A DNA stretch of 64,000 nucleotides from Lingula anatina (lineage: Eukaryota > Animalia > Brachiopoda), in assembly GCA_051362555.1 (NCBI GenBank), contig CM120642.1, positions 62,001 through 126,000 of the forward strand. The letters are read 5' to 3'. Position numbers and translations under genes: made by a program. Shown here piece by piece: positions 1 to 12,500 of this stretch (position 1 is the first letter of the stretch; each line of letters starts with the position of its first letter). The notes under the pieces were generated by a model. The model had not been told where the DNA came from. It searched no databases and saw only the letters and a list, made by a program, of their open reading frames with translations.

Positions 1-2
1 CA

Positions 3-40
<38 letters not shown>

Positions 41-765
41 CCCCCCCACCAACATACCCACTAGCAATGTGGCTATATCTCCATTCTTTACTGATACTGT
101 GTGGACGTTCCTATTATCTCTACACACGACCTAAGCCAGGATATGTTTGTCAGGGACCCGAATCTTAGTCAAGTGTAAAGTTATATGGAGATGATGGGTT
201 TTGTCTGCAAAATTGAATTTCCCAAAGATTGTTTCATTGATTTTGAGAAAAGTGTCTCTCATGGGAGCTGTATTGAAAGGGTAACCCGGTCAACAAAGCT
301 TTGATATATGGAAGATAGATATCGGAAAAGATATCACGTATAGTTAGGCCACTTTACCCAATGAAATGAGAAATAAAGCACCGCTGTTCCTAACACAAGG
401 CATGGTACTAGGTTTGTGATCTCCAACTATATTAAGGCATATATACAGAAGACACGCTATCGCTATTATTAACGACCCATTCATTAGGACGATGTATATC
501 GTGATGGCCACCAAAAACAGTTGAAGTATATTGGAAAAAAGCCGAAAAAATACCACGAAAGAAAACCATCGGGTAGTGTAAAGCCCACAGAAGCTCCTTT
601 TCATTTCTGAAATAGGCTTATGAGTAAACCATGACCCATTCTTTGAAAATGTTGACCAAGCAAACATGCACATAGTGTATGTGTATGTAACGAAAAAGTT
701 TTGTGCCATTAAGGACCTATTTCCAAATGAACATCTGGATGAAAAAGGGGTTTTATTGAGAAAAG

Positions 766-1117
766 TTAAAAGTACGCTCCTTCAGATTTACCCGCCAAAA
801 TGGATTTTTCAGGGAAAATAAGCTATTTTCTCGTACTTACGAACCTGTAACCTATCCCTCTCTGCAATTGGATACCACCTTTGATAAAATGTATAAAGGT
901 TAATTTTAGCTTAAAATTACTGGTCGTTCATTTTAACAGCGACCATTTTCCTATAATCCCCAACGGAAATATCAACGGAAATATCAACATTAGGTGCGCT
1001 CCAGAAAAATATTAAAAGGGCTTTAATCATTTTAAAGTGTATAATAGGTTTTATAAGAAGCTGTGGATTGCAAAAACTAGCATTTTGAGATTTTAAAACA
1101 ATGGAGTGTAGCTTTAA
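766..1117. mobile_element. TTAA-flanked MITE (Kolobok/piggyBac-type ends), with a second copy at ~7257-7583
   Basis: TTAAAAGTACGCTCC ... GGAGTGTAGCTTTAA. The internal GATTTACCCGCCAAAATGGATTTT and the following ~300 bp recur at 7276 onward. Confidence 0.6.
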
Positions 1118-2285
1118 CGGAAGAAGATATTCAGCATTTTATATATGTTTCAGAGGAACTGAAATTTAAATTTGATTTGATATCAGTGTAAATCACCAAG
1201 TCAATATCTCTTGTCCTGTTAGACAGCTTGGTAGTGACATATACTCTCCTCGCTCAGGCATTAAATCTATCAACATTTGTCAGGAAACACACTGCAGACA
1301 GCCGGAAGTGAACAACAGTGCTCACAATAGCGCAAATGAGCCAGTCTGCTTGATTGAATACCATTCATTGTCAGCTATTATTTCTACTTCGTTACCGTTA
1401 TCGAGCACAGAAATAAAGTGCTTTGTCAAACCTGGAAAACGTCCTGAAATTGACTACGTTTTAGCGGGCTATTATCTTTCACTTTAGAGAAAGATGATCT
1501 CACTTTGTACAAATAGACTTTCAGCCACATTGAAACGTCCCACAGGAAAAGAACACAATCAAAAATTAAGCTTCATTATCGACCAAACGATTTAATGTTT
1601 TGCTGAACTTGTGTAAGGTCCGGTAGAGAGCGTGCTATTTCACTTACTTGCTGTTTATTTCACCCGCTATGCATAAAGTGTTGACTTCTAAATTTCTTCG
1701 ATATTTCTTTTTTTATTTTTTCTTTTCTCTCGGTTTTGAATATTTATTTTATTCTTTATGTTTTATATTTAAGTGCAAGCGTCATTTGTTTTGTCTCTAT
1801 AGGAGAGCCTACACTTACATGTATCTCAATCCATGTAAATACATAGAAGCAGGGGGAACATTCAAATCAACACATTTACTACCTATTAGTTACCAATACA
1901 CTTCCCTGCCCCAGAACTATTTGTGGATACATTGCGTGTGGTTTATTTTTTCTTGCTTTTTATCTTTTATTTGATGTTAATGTCGGCCATACCCTGTTCA
2001 TGGGTGTGCTACGAAGCTTAATTAAGGTGGCATTGCCCCAGGGAGGTCCTGCTGATAGAGCTGAGAGATGAGGAACAGTTGTGAAAATCTACAGCGACGA
2101 ATTCTGACCTCAGGTTTTCTCCTTGCTGTTGATCAGCTTAGCGTTTGGAGTGTTAATGCATTGGCAAAGCTGGCTATGATTTCTTCCTGTCAGATGCCGC
2201 GGATACTCTCTGTCACCAACCTCTGGATAGGACTGTGTCCTTTCTGAATATGTGTGACTTAGGGAGCGTTCAGATAAGCCCACCG

Positions 2286-2517
2286 TACTAGCTGGATCGA
2301 TCCAACTCTGCGGGAGATTCTCCCAAAGTGCAATCAGTGTACTCAGCTTTAATGTGTGACACGCCTCCTCGAGCTGCTATGGGGTAATTAAGCCGAGAGT
2401 ACACAAAAGTTTATTACCCCCTAGTTACTCAAGGAGGCATGTCAGACAATTATGAAGATTACACTGAATGCAATTTAGCGAGAATCCCCCCTCAGAGACG
2501 GATCGATTTAGCTAGTG
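2286..2517. mobile_element. Palindromic MITE
   Basis: Imperfect end-to-end inverted repeat ACTAGCTGGATCGATCC...GGATCGATTTAGCTAGT, with inner arms GGGGTAATTAA / TTATTACCCC. Confidence 0.6.
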
Positions 2518-3269
2518 CGATGTTTAAATCTGAACGCAGACTTCATGTAGCCCAAGAAAAATAATAGGTTTAACACATGTGAAATACGCCCTTGCAGTTT
2601 TAAAAGTACACTTTTATTATTAAATGTATTAATATTATTATTAAATCCTTTATGGGTCGGATAAAAACAAAAAAAATCGTGACATAAGAAAAAAACGAAC
2701 TGATAGAAAATCAAAAATGCTATAAAACCGATTAATATAAAAAACGAAAAAGTTAACAAACTTTTTAACTAGCGATCTAACAATATATAAGATATGTAGA
2801 AATAACGGCACAGGCAACCAGTTAACTGTTCATAAAGCAGGGTTTTAGTATCTGAAAATAATGTCAAGATTATCCTTCCATTTTGATGTGAAATGAAGTA
2901 TAGAGTGGTTAATGTTTGCTAATGTGTATCTGTGTTATCACCATGTCCTTAGAGATTTCTCAGTTTGCCTGACTGAACATTGGTCAACAGGTTCACAGTC
3001 TAGACCACGATAATTTTCAAATTAAATTGCGAGGTGGAATCATCTGGAAACTAATTGAGCTCATTCAGAAGCTGTGAACAAAGACCTTGCATATAAAATA
3101 AAGCAACTTTCTATAACTTGAAACAAAGTATTTGCATTGCTTATGATCTTGAACTGAGTTCCAGAGCTGAAATAATTTTGTGGACTCGACTCATTTCAAA
3201 TTAATGAACTTTAGGCCCAACTGTGGCGGCGCCATGACATTTTCTTTCTTTATTGTTATTCGGTCGAAT

Positions 3270-3475
3270 GAGATATTTGCCTAACGTCTGAGAGTGAGGG
3301 GTTGTGGTAAAATATTTTTTATATTATTTTGGTTGGACATGATATTTGCCTAACGTCTGAGAGTGAGGGGGTGTGACAAAATATTTTTAAAATTATTTTG
3401 GTTGGATGTGATATTTGACTTACGTCTGAGAGGGGTGTGTGTGGTAAGATTTTTTTTTTATTATTTGGTTGGATT
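3270..3475. repeat. ~69-bp x 3 degenerate tandem repeat
   Basis: GATATTTGCCTAACGTCTGAGAGTGAGGGG recurs at ~3272, 3341 and 3410. Confidence 0.75.
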
Positions 3476-4092
3476 TTATGATTTTTTTCTTAAGAAACAA
3501 TTTTGACATGAATTTGCGTGAGCTTTTCATACCCCCCCCCCTTCTCAGACCCCCCTTATCACTGGGGTATGCAGGCTTAGCAGCCTGGCCTCACCAACAG
3601 TCTAAGTGATAAATAAGAATCCAGTCAAAAAGTGTTCTTAAGTATTATATCCTGACAGTTCATACCAAGAAGTACTCCAATCTACCGATACCATATCACT
3701 GCAGTACCGGCGCAATGAGCTGTGGAAAAGATTGCTTCAAAAAAGTACAATAGTGACCACAAAATTCACCACCTTTCACCAACACGGAGTGAACTGTTTT
3801 ATAAGGTTTGAAGTGCCCAGATATTTAAAGTGCCAAACTTAAGAACAGTGAGAGCCTCGAGGACTTTTATACCCCGGGCATTGTCAACCTTTCAATCAAT
3901 TTATGATTTAACCAAATACATCCAAAGATTCACTTTTTGTGCAGTTCTTGAAAATGAAAACGTGTTTTTAATGACTTTAAAATTTATTTTAGAAACTTTT
4001 TAATGTGTGATGTGTTTTTCTTCTTTTCTTTCTGTTTCTTACCATTTTACTACAATTAAATAGGTACCACCCAACTTTTAGTTGCAAATAAA

Positions 4093-4093
<1 letters not shown>

Positions 4094-4139
<46 letters not shown>
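4094..4139. repeat. (ATT)n microsatellite
   Basis: Read directly from the sequence. Confidence 0.9.
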
Positions 4140-4140
<1 letters not shown>

Positions 4141-6989
4141 ATCTTGAATCTTGAATGTTGCCTACTCGGAATAATAAGCTTTGATAATTCACGCAAACAA
4201 AATTACTTTTGAGGTATTTAAGCCAATAACACTTTCGACAGTTTCAGGGCAAAATTTAAAACGATCACCAAACTCCACTGGTCGCCAGACGTCCCATTAC
4301 ATACACATTTTCTTCACGTTATTTTATCTGCCAAGGCGCCAAACATTCAGTATAAATAGACAATTTACTCTTAGATTATGGATTAGTCAAATATCAATAT
4401 CTTGTTGACGTTCGCTTACATCCCTATCAAAAATATCAAACTCCTGACTTCTAGGCTTTAAGTCACGCACATCATGGTTACTTGGCTTCTTCGCGATAAA
4501 ACAATACTTTAATGATAAATAGCTTCATGAACGGACAAAGATGATAGTGTACTCCAAGAAGGAAGAACTCTTTTTAAACGGTGAAGTGTACATTTGTATT
4601 GTTCAGTTCTAACGGCTTTTAATCTTTATATTTCACTTTTAAGTTGATAAATAATCCTTTGCGTATTTTACAGTTCAAACATGATTGTTTCCTGTATTTA
4701 ATGACTGTCACCTTTGTCCGTTCAATTAGGTTGAACTTCATCAGTTTTATCTTGAGTGCCTCGATGCGTGTAAGGATCGCCGGGTTCCTAGACATAAAAA
4801 GTGCAGCTGGAATTGCAATAATGATGAAGAAGAGGTAGGAGCTTCTCTAGCGCCTGATGCCCTAGCTGCCACTGCCGGTTGATAAGTCTTGTACAACACG
4901 TGTTAAAGCAGTTCTTGTAGGCTGCCGCTACAGTAACTGTGTAATTAATGGCTCTATTAGACCCGGTGCCTTCACAATATTCAGCTGGTGTGTTTTCATT
5001 TGGAAGCATGCTTAACTTGAACTTTTAAACTTCAGAAACAAAATGTGGACAATTTAGACAACATGTTAGCTTTCAAAGGCATTGCAATGTATTACAAAGG
5101 GGCAGAATTTCCGTCTCTTAGTAACCATCTTACGTGAAAAAGAAATGTTAAATAAATAAATAGATAAATAAATATAGATGTATTTATGTGATTGCAACTA
5201 AAAATAACATAACAAATCATAGCCGCTACACACTCACACACACGAAAGACATAAATCTCCACCTATACCTATACATAAGTCATACAGTATCTGTTTATAT
5301 GTTACTGTTAGGGGTCATTCCGAAGTTTACCACCTAGAAACATGCCCCAGCGGTAGCTCCGTTTATGCTTACATAAACCTCTTCCCATCCCGCGGGGAGT
5401 TTAATGGACTGAAAGTCACGATAAGGCAGGTCACCGACCTCTAATCGGCAAAGTTGTGGCGAATATGAAATTCTGGAAGATGCAGCTTGTGATGGCCTTG
5501 TTTTCGGTCGTTGTCAAACAGAAGGGACCTCAAGAACTGTGTAAGCCATCACACCATTCACAATAACGTAGCCGTTCTCAGAAAAGTATCATCATCCATT
5601 ACATTGTACAACGTACTAAAATGCATTTCTAAGATACCAGAATTAAGTCATTGAGCGTGTAAAAATGGGAAAAGCTTCAGTTTACTAAGTAACAAAATAC
5701 CACCCATCTATCTTGCTTGTATCTCATCTAGATTTTTCCAAGATCATTACGTCATACAACTTAAAATGTAGCTCTGCACTCCATAGCAAACACTTCATGT
5801 TCACAGTTGGAAAGCAAAGCTGTACGTCGTAGCTAGCACCATATGCGTAGACATGCGTATATATCCTCTAATACCCTCACGTTTGTTTTAAGGTTTGGAA
5901 TCTTTGTATGGGGGATATGTGATGTTATATGTATATTGTATGTATATGTGAGCATTCGCCAAAACTCCCAAGTTTGTTATTTTTTATATGTATGTGGGGT
6001 ATGTGTTTATTATGTCCCTTGTCATTTGTATGACTTAGAACATACGGATACGTAATTTACTGATAGGTAATATACGGATAGACATTTACCGATAGGTTGT
6101 ATACGGAAAGGTAATTTACGGATAGGTCACTTGCGGGTCGTCTTATCAAAACAGTGAAATATTATTCTGAGGTGTTTTACGATGAATTTCGATCATTAAG
6201 CGATATTCAAACACCAGGCCCTTCTGAAAATGGAAAACTGAAGTTGGCAATTAAAACACTTAGTAATTGCTCTTGATGACTTCAAATTAGAAGGCAACGC
6301 ACATTTCTCGCACCCAAACTGATGTAACGTCTTACTTCAGTAGATTTACTTAAACCGGATATACCAACTGACGTCACAAGACGTCCCACCGACCTATTGT
6401 ATGTAATACTTAATAGCGTATGACTTTATTGTTCAATGCAGGTGACGTCAGCTAGTCTGTTCACGAATTAAGCTAGAAAGGCTGTATAGCCGCCTTAGAC
6501 TCCGTCTTACTAGTATACTTAGTGTATGAAGCCCTGGCACTGACTTCATCCTATATCAAGTTGCACACCCTCTAGGCTGTTGTACTAACACCCGTGCAGA
6601 GGATGTTACTCACTAGATGCTTGTTTTAGTGCGTCCACTTGTTACATAAAGTAGACAAGATCAGGCCTGATTGCTCGAGAAATGAATGGCGGTTAAGACT
6701 CGTAGAAGAACGCGAACAAACGCTTCCTTGTTGCACTGTGTAATGAAGAGTGGCATTACTACAACTGTACAAATTGATTAGGTGTGTACATTGCACAAAG
6801 GGGTTTACTGTCTTGCAAATGTTTTAACACGTGCTAAACGGACACATTCATGTATAGACAGATGAAGCTATCATGTGTTGCTAGGGCTGGGGGTGATGAA
6901 ATACCTCGTCATTCTAAAGTCGGTTTGATTTACTGTTAACGTAAAATGGCGTAGAAAATTAAAAAAAACTATTAATGGCGTGCAAAAAA

Positions 6990-7032
<43 letters not shown>

Positions 7033-7256
7033 AGATCCAGACAGGTGGCTTACCACCCTATCTCTCCTCCATGTTCTAAGCCTGTGGGATATCAAAGTCA
7101 AGGTCTGGAAGAAAATTCAAACAATAATCTAACAGAGATGGCATTTTGTCCAGAATTTCAATGAGCAAAATTGCGGTATTAGTCTTCGTCTCTTGCCACC
7201 GGTAGAGAGGAGATGCAGGGCTATGATATCCTTTGTGACTCTTCTTTTATGGCAGT

Positions 7257-7583
7257 TTAGAGGAAAACTCCATGGGATTTACCCGCCAAAATGGATTTTC
7301 CTGGGAAAACGAGCAATTTTTTCATACTCACGAATCGTTTATCTATCCTTCTCTGCACTTTGATTAAATTTATAAAGGTTGATTTAGTTTAAAATGACTG
7401 GCCAGTCATAATAACTAGCGACCATCTTCCTTAGCTGCGATGGAAGTATCTACATCAGGCACGCTCCAGAAAATATACTTTAAGGGGATTAATGATTTTT
7501 GAGGTGTATGTTAGGTCTTACTAGAAACTGTGAATGGAAAAAATAAGGTTTTGGGGGTTTTCAAACCAATGGAGAATTCTTTG
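7257..7583. mobile_element. Second, diverged copy of the 766-1117 MITE
   Basis: Colinear similarity to 766-1117 over ~320 bp. Confidence 0.6.
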
Positions 7584-8202
7584 AAGTGGAGTGTTCTAAA
7601 TGATCAATAGTTGAAAACATGTCTTCACACTCGGCCTTCAGTTTTTCCTCTATATAATACCAAGTTACGGCGCAGTGGACATGATGTTAGTTAAACAACA
7701 GGGGAAAAAACTCAATCAATTTAGAATTTACTTTTGTTCCAGGAGCACATCTAAAACCTATTCCTCCGGTCACGAGAGGTGTTCTAGTAAATCTTTAGTA
7801 GAGAAGAGGTTAAATGCAGTGTGCTACCTATTTACTACGGTTTGGTCTGGATTATTCGCATGGATGTCGAAACAATTTAAGATAGGTTTATAAAAACGAA
7901 TGAGAAATCCAAGGCCTTTGTGTCTCTATTACCGCCATGTAACATTGCCCAAGGGTTAGTTTATCCCATCCTGACAAGCATCCTTCAAAGTAAACGGATG
8001 AAACTTAATGCATTCCCGCCTTAACTTAATAAATCCCAAACGCGAAGTAGAATAATCGTTGTTGATCCAAGATGCCCAAGTACGTTAGGCTGCGCTTTTC
8101 AGAAATTTGAGGAGAAATGTGGTATAGAAATCAAAAAAAATGTCAGAAAGTGATTTATGCGGAAGGTAAGAATGTTAAAATGCCTTCTTGTATTTGTTAA
8201 TA

Positions 8203-8911
8203 CAGGGTAACTAAAAAAAATCGGAACCCATAAAAAATCATTAAATCCTACAAAGTTCCATGAAATTTCACGAAATTTGCTCGAAATGCCTTCTGCAGCT
8301 CACTCAACGCTACAATTGTTGCTGCTCAGTCTGTTCCGACATCGCTAGGTGGCAGTACTGAGGAAGTTTTGGACATCACTGGGATGACGCAGAGGCATAG
8401 ATCAAGATGGACAGTGGTTCCAGCAAGACAGGGCCACCCCTACACATCAAACAGCTCCCTAGCCCGGCTGACAGAGCGATTTCAGGAACGACTGGTCAGC
8501 AGAAAGTGTGACCTTGAGTGGGCACTGCATAAACCAGACTTGAACCCCCGAGATTTTGATTTGTTGGGGGTGTCTCAAAGATAAATACCAGAACAATTAA
8601 CCCTCAAGCAATTGCAATTGGCGAACTGTAGGAAGAATCACAGAAAAAAAAATCAGGGAAATCCCAAGAGAGAAATGTGTTCGAGTAATTGACATTTTTC
8701 GCGACGTTCGCGAACGTGCATCAAATGCCACAGAGTAATTTTTTTAAAAGAACATATCTTTTATGCAAAGGAACCAAGTTAACTGAAACTTTTTTTTGTA
8801 ATCTGATGGACCTTTGTAGGGTTTAGTAAACATTTTATGGGTTCTGTTTCTTTTCCTTTTTTTTTTTTTGGGGGGGGGGGGGGGAGGGGGGAAGGTAGAG
8901 GGGTCACCCTG
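8203..8911 (+). mobile_element. Internally deleted Tc1/mariner element with transposase remnant
   Basis: TA-flanked inverted termini CAGGGT(A/G)AC...GAACCCATAAAA...CCTACAAAG. Frameshifted transposase motifs WFQQD(G)ATPHTS and WALHKPDLNPRDF (compare WPPxSPDLNPLDF). Confidence 0.8.
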
Positions 8912-9591
8912 TATATGGTTCCTCACAATAACAGTACAGTAATACTTAAAGTATCAAATAGGCTAATTAAAAAACTACAAAAACCGTGAGAATGTGCGTT
9001 TTATAAAAAAATTCTCCACCCGTAAAAGTGGTGATAAAATAGTGATATGTCTGTTATTTAAATACAATGTTGGCAAATTATGTTTATAAAATAAAAGAAC
9101 ATTGCCGCTGTATGCACAACACGTGATGCGCTGAGCGGATGGTCGATGCTGTAGAGGTGATTCCATTGTGACACATTCTCAAAAACAGCATCCCCGAGAG
9201 AAAAGAAAGGGCTGTGCCGCGTTTTTGCCAACAATCTTAATATCCCATCAGTTATATTTCTTCCTACTGCTCACCCGAGTCGCCAGGAAATGGAGGCAGA
9301 AGGTAAACAGGCTGGAGGTGGACCTAACTTAACAGTGAATTACATTGATAAGAGAAAATGTTATTAGATGTTCCCAGAAACAATATCGTATTTTTAATAA
9401 ATTTTTAAACAAAAAAGCGGTAAAATGAAAGCTACACGAAAGCCACATGACAGCCAATTTACACCATGGACTGTCTGCATATTCCTCACCTCAGAATGAA
9501 GCACGTGGCGCAAGCAAGGGACCCTGTTAAACCTGACTTTGTGAAATGTGAATTAACGAATTGGTTATTTATTTATTTATTTATTTATTTA

Positions 9592-12500
9592 TTTTTTTTG
9601 TGTGTGTGTGACACAAATGTGTCTGTACATATAGCCGTCGCCTGTGTTTGTGTGTGTGTGACACAAATGTGTCTGTACATATAGCCATCACCTGTGTTTG
9701 TGTGTGTGTGACACAAATGTGTCTGTACATAAAGCCGTCGCCTGTGTTTGTGTGTGTGTGACACAAATGTGTTTGTACATATAGCCGTCGCCTGTGTTTG
9801 TGTGTGTGTGACACAAATGTGTCTGTACATATAGCCATCACCTGTGTTTGTGTGTGTGTGACACAAATGTGTCTGTACATATAACCGTCGCCTGTGTTTG
9901 TGTGTGTGTGACACAAATGTGTCTGTACATATAGCCGTCACCTGTGTTTGTGTGTGTGTGACACAAATGTGTCTGTACATATAGCCGTCGCCTGTGTTTG
10001 TGTGTGTGTGTGACACAAATGTGTCTGTACATATAGCCATCACCTGTGTTTGTGTGTGTGTGACACAAATATGTCTGTACATATAGCCGTCGCCTGTGTT
10101 TGTGTGTGTGTGACACAAATGTGTCTGTACATATAGCCGTCGCCTGTGTTTGTGTGTGTGTGACACAAATGTGTCTGTACATATAGCCGTCGCCTGTGTT
10201 TGTGTGTGTGTGACACAAATGTGTCTGTACATATAGCCGTCGTCTGTGTTTGTGTGTGTGTGTGACACAAATGTGTCTGTACATATAGCCGTCGTCTGTG
10301 TTTGAGTGTGTGACACAAATGTGTCTGTACATATAGCCGTCGCCTGTGTTTGTACATATAGCCGTCGCCTGTGTGTGTGTGTGTGTGACACAAATGTGTC
10401 TGTACATATAGCCGTCGTCTGTGTTTGTGTGTGTGTGTGTGACACAAATGTGTTTGTACATATAGCCGTCGCCTGTGTTTGTGTGTGTGCGACACAAATG
10501 TGTCTGTACATATAGCCGTCGTCTGTGTTTGTGTGTGTGTGTGACACAAATGTGTCTGTACATATAGCCGTCGTCTGTGTTTGTGTGTGTGTGTGTGACA
10601 CAAATGTGTCTGTACATATAGCCGTCGCCTGTGTTTGTACATATAGCCGTCGCCTGTGTTTGTGTGTGTGTGACACAAATGTGTCTGTACATATAGCCGT
10701 CACCTGTGTTTGTGTGTGTGTGACACAAATGTGTCTGTACATATAGCCGTCGTCTGTGTTTGTGTGTGTGTGTGTGACACAAATGTGTCTGTACATATAG
10801 CCGTCGCCTGTGTTTGTACATATAGCCGTCGCCTGTGTTTGTGTGTGTGTGACACAAATGTGTCTGTACATATAGCCGTCACCTGTGTTTGTGTGTGTGT
10901 GACACAAATGTGTCTGTACATATAGCCGTCGTCTGTGTTTGTGTGTGTGTGACACAAATGTGTCTGTACATATAGCCGTCGTCTGTGTTTGTGTGTGTGT
11001 GTGACACAAATGTGTCTGTACATATAGCCGTCGCCTGTGTTTGTACATATAGCCGTCGCCTGTGTTTGTGTGTGTGTGACACAAATGTGTCTGTACATAT
11101 AGCCGTCACCTGTGTTTGTGTGTGTGTGACACAAATGTGTCTGTACATATAGCCGTCGTCTGTGTTTGTGTGTGTGTGACACAAATGTGTCTGTACATAT
11201 AGCCGTCGTCTGTGTTTGTGTGTGTGTGTGACACAAATGTGTCTGTACATATAGCCGTCGCCTGTGTTTGTACATATAGCCGTCGCCTGTGTTTGTGTGT
11301 GTGTGACACAAATGTGTTTGTACATATAGCCGTCGCCTGTGTTTGTGTGTGTGTGACACAAATGTGTCTGTACATATAGCCGTCGCCTGTGTTTGTGTGT
11401 GTGTGACACAAATGTGTCTGTACATATACCCGTCGTCTGTGTTTGTGTGTGTGTGTGACACAAATGTGTCTGTACATATAGCCGTCGTCTGTGTTTGTGT
11501 GTGTGTGTGACACAAATGTGTCTGTACATATAGCCATCACCTGTGTTTGTGTGTGTGTGTGACACAAATGTGTCTGTACATATAGCCGTCACCTGTGTTT
11601 GTGTGTGTGTGACACAAATGTGTCTGTACATATAGCCATCACCTGTGTTTGTGTGTGTGTGTGACACAAATGTGTTTGTACATATAGCCGTCGCCTGTGT
11701 TTGTGTGTGTGTGACACAAATGTGTCTGTACATATAGCCATCACCTGTGTTTGTGTGTGTGTGACACAAATGTGTTTGTACATATAGCCGTCGCCTGTGA
11801 TTGTGTGTGTGTGACACAAATGTGTCTGTACATATAGCCGTCGTCTGTGTTTGTGTGTGTGTGTGACACAAATGTGTCTGTACATATAGCCGTCACCTGT
11901 GTTTGTGTGTGTGTGTGACACAAATGTGTCTGTACATATAGCCGTCGTCTGTGTTTGTGTGTGTGTGTGACACAAATGTGTCTGTACATATAGCCGTCGC
12001 CTGTGTTTGTACATATAGCCGTCGCCTGTGTTTGTGTGTGTGTGACACAAATGTGTCTGTACATATAGCCGTCACCTGTGTTTGTGTGTGTGTGACACAA
12101 ATGTGTCTGTACATATAGCCGTCGTCTGTGTTTGTGTGTGTGTGTGTGACACAAATGTGTCTGTACATATAGCCGTCGCCTGTGTTTGTACATATAGCCG
12201 TCGCCTGTGTTTGTGTGTGTGTGACACAAATGTGTCTGTACATATAGCCGTCACCTGTGTTTGTGTGTGTGTGACACAAATGTGTCTGTACATATAGCCG
12301 TCGTCTGTGTTTGTGTGTGTGTGACACTAATGTGTCTGTACATATAGCCGTCGTCTGTGTTTGTGTGTGTGTGTGACACAAATGTGTCTGTACATATAGC
12401 CGTCGCCTGTGTTTGTACATATAGCCGTCGCCTGTGTTTGTGTGTGTGTGACACAAATGTGTTTGTACATATAGCCGTCGCCTGTGTTTGTGTGTGTGTG

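Noticed and set aside
1-8200. Short ORFs (344..709, 1648..1974 and others) as possible genes
   Set aside because: They have low-complexity AT-rich composition, no recognisable domains and no coherent exon chain.
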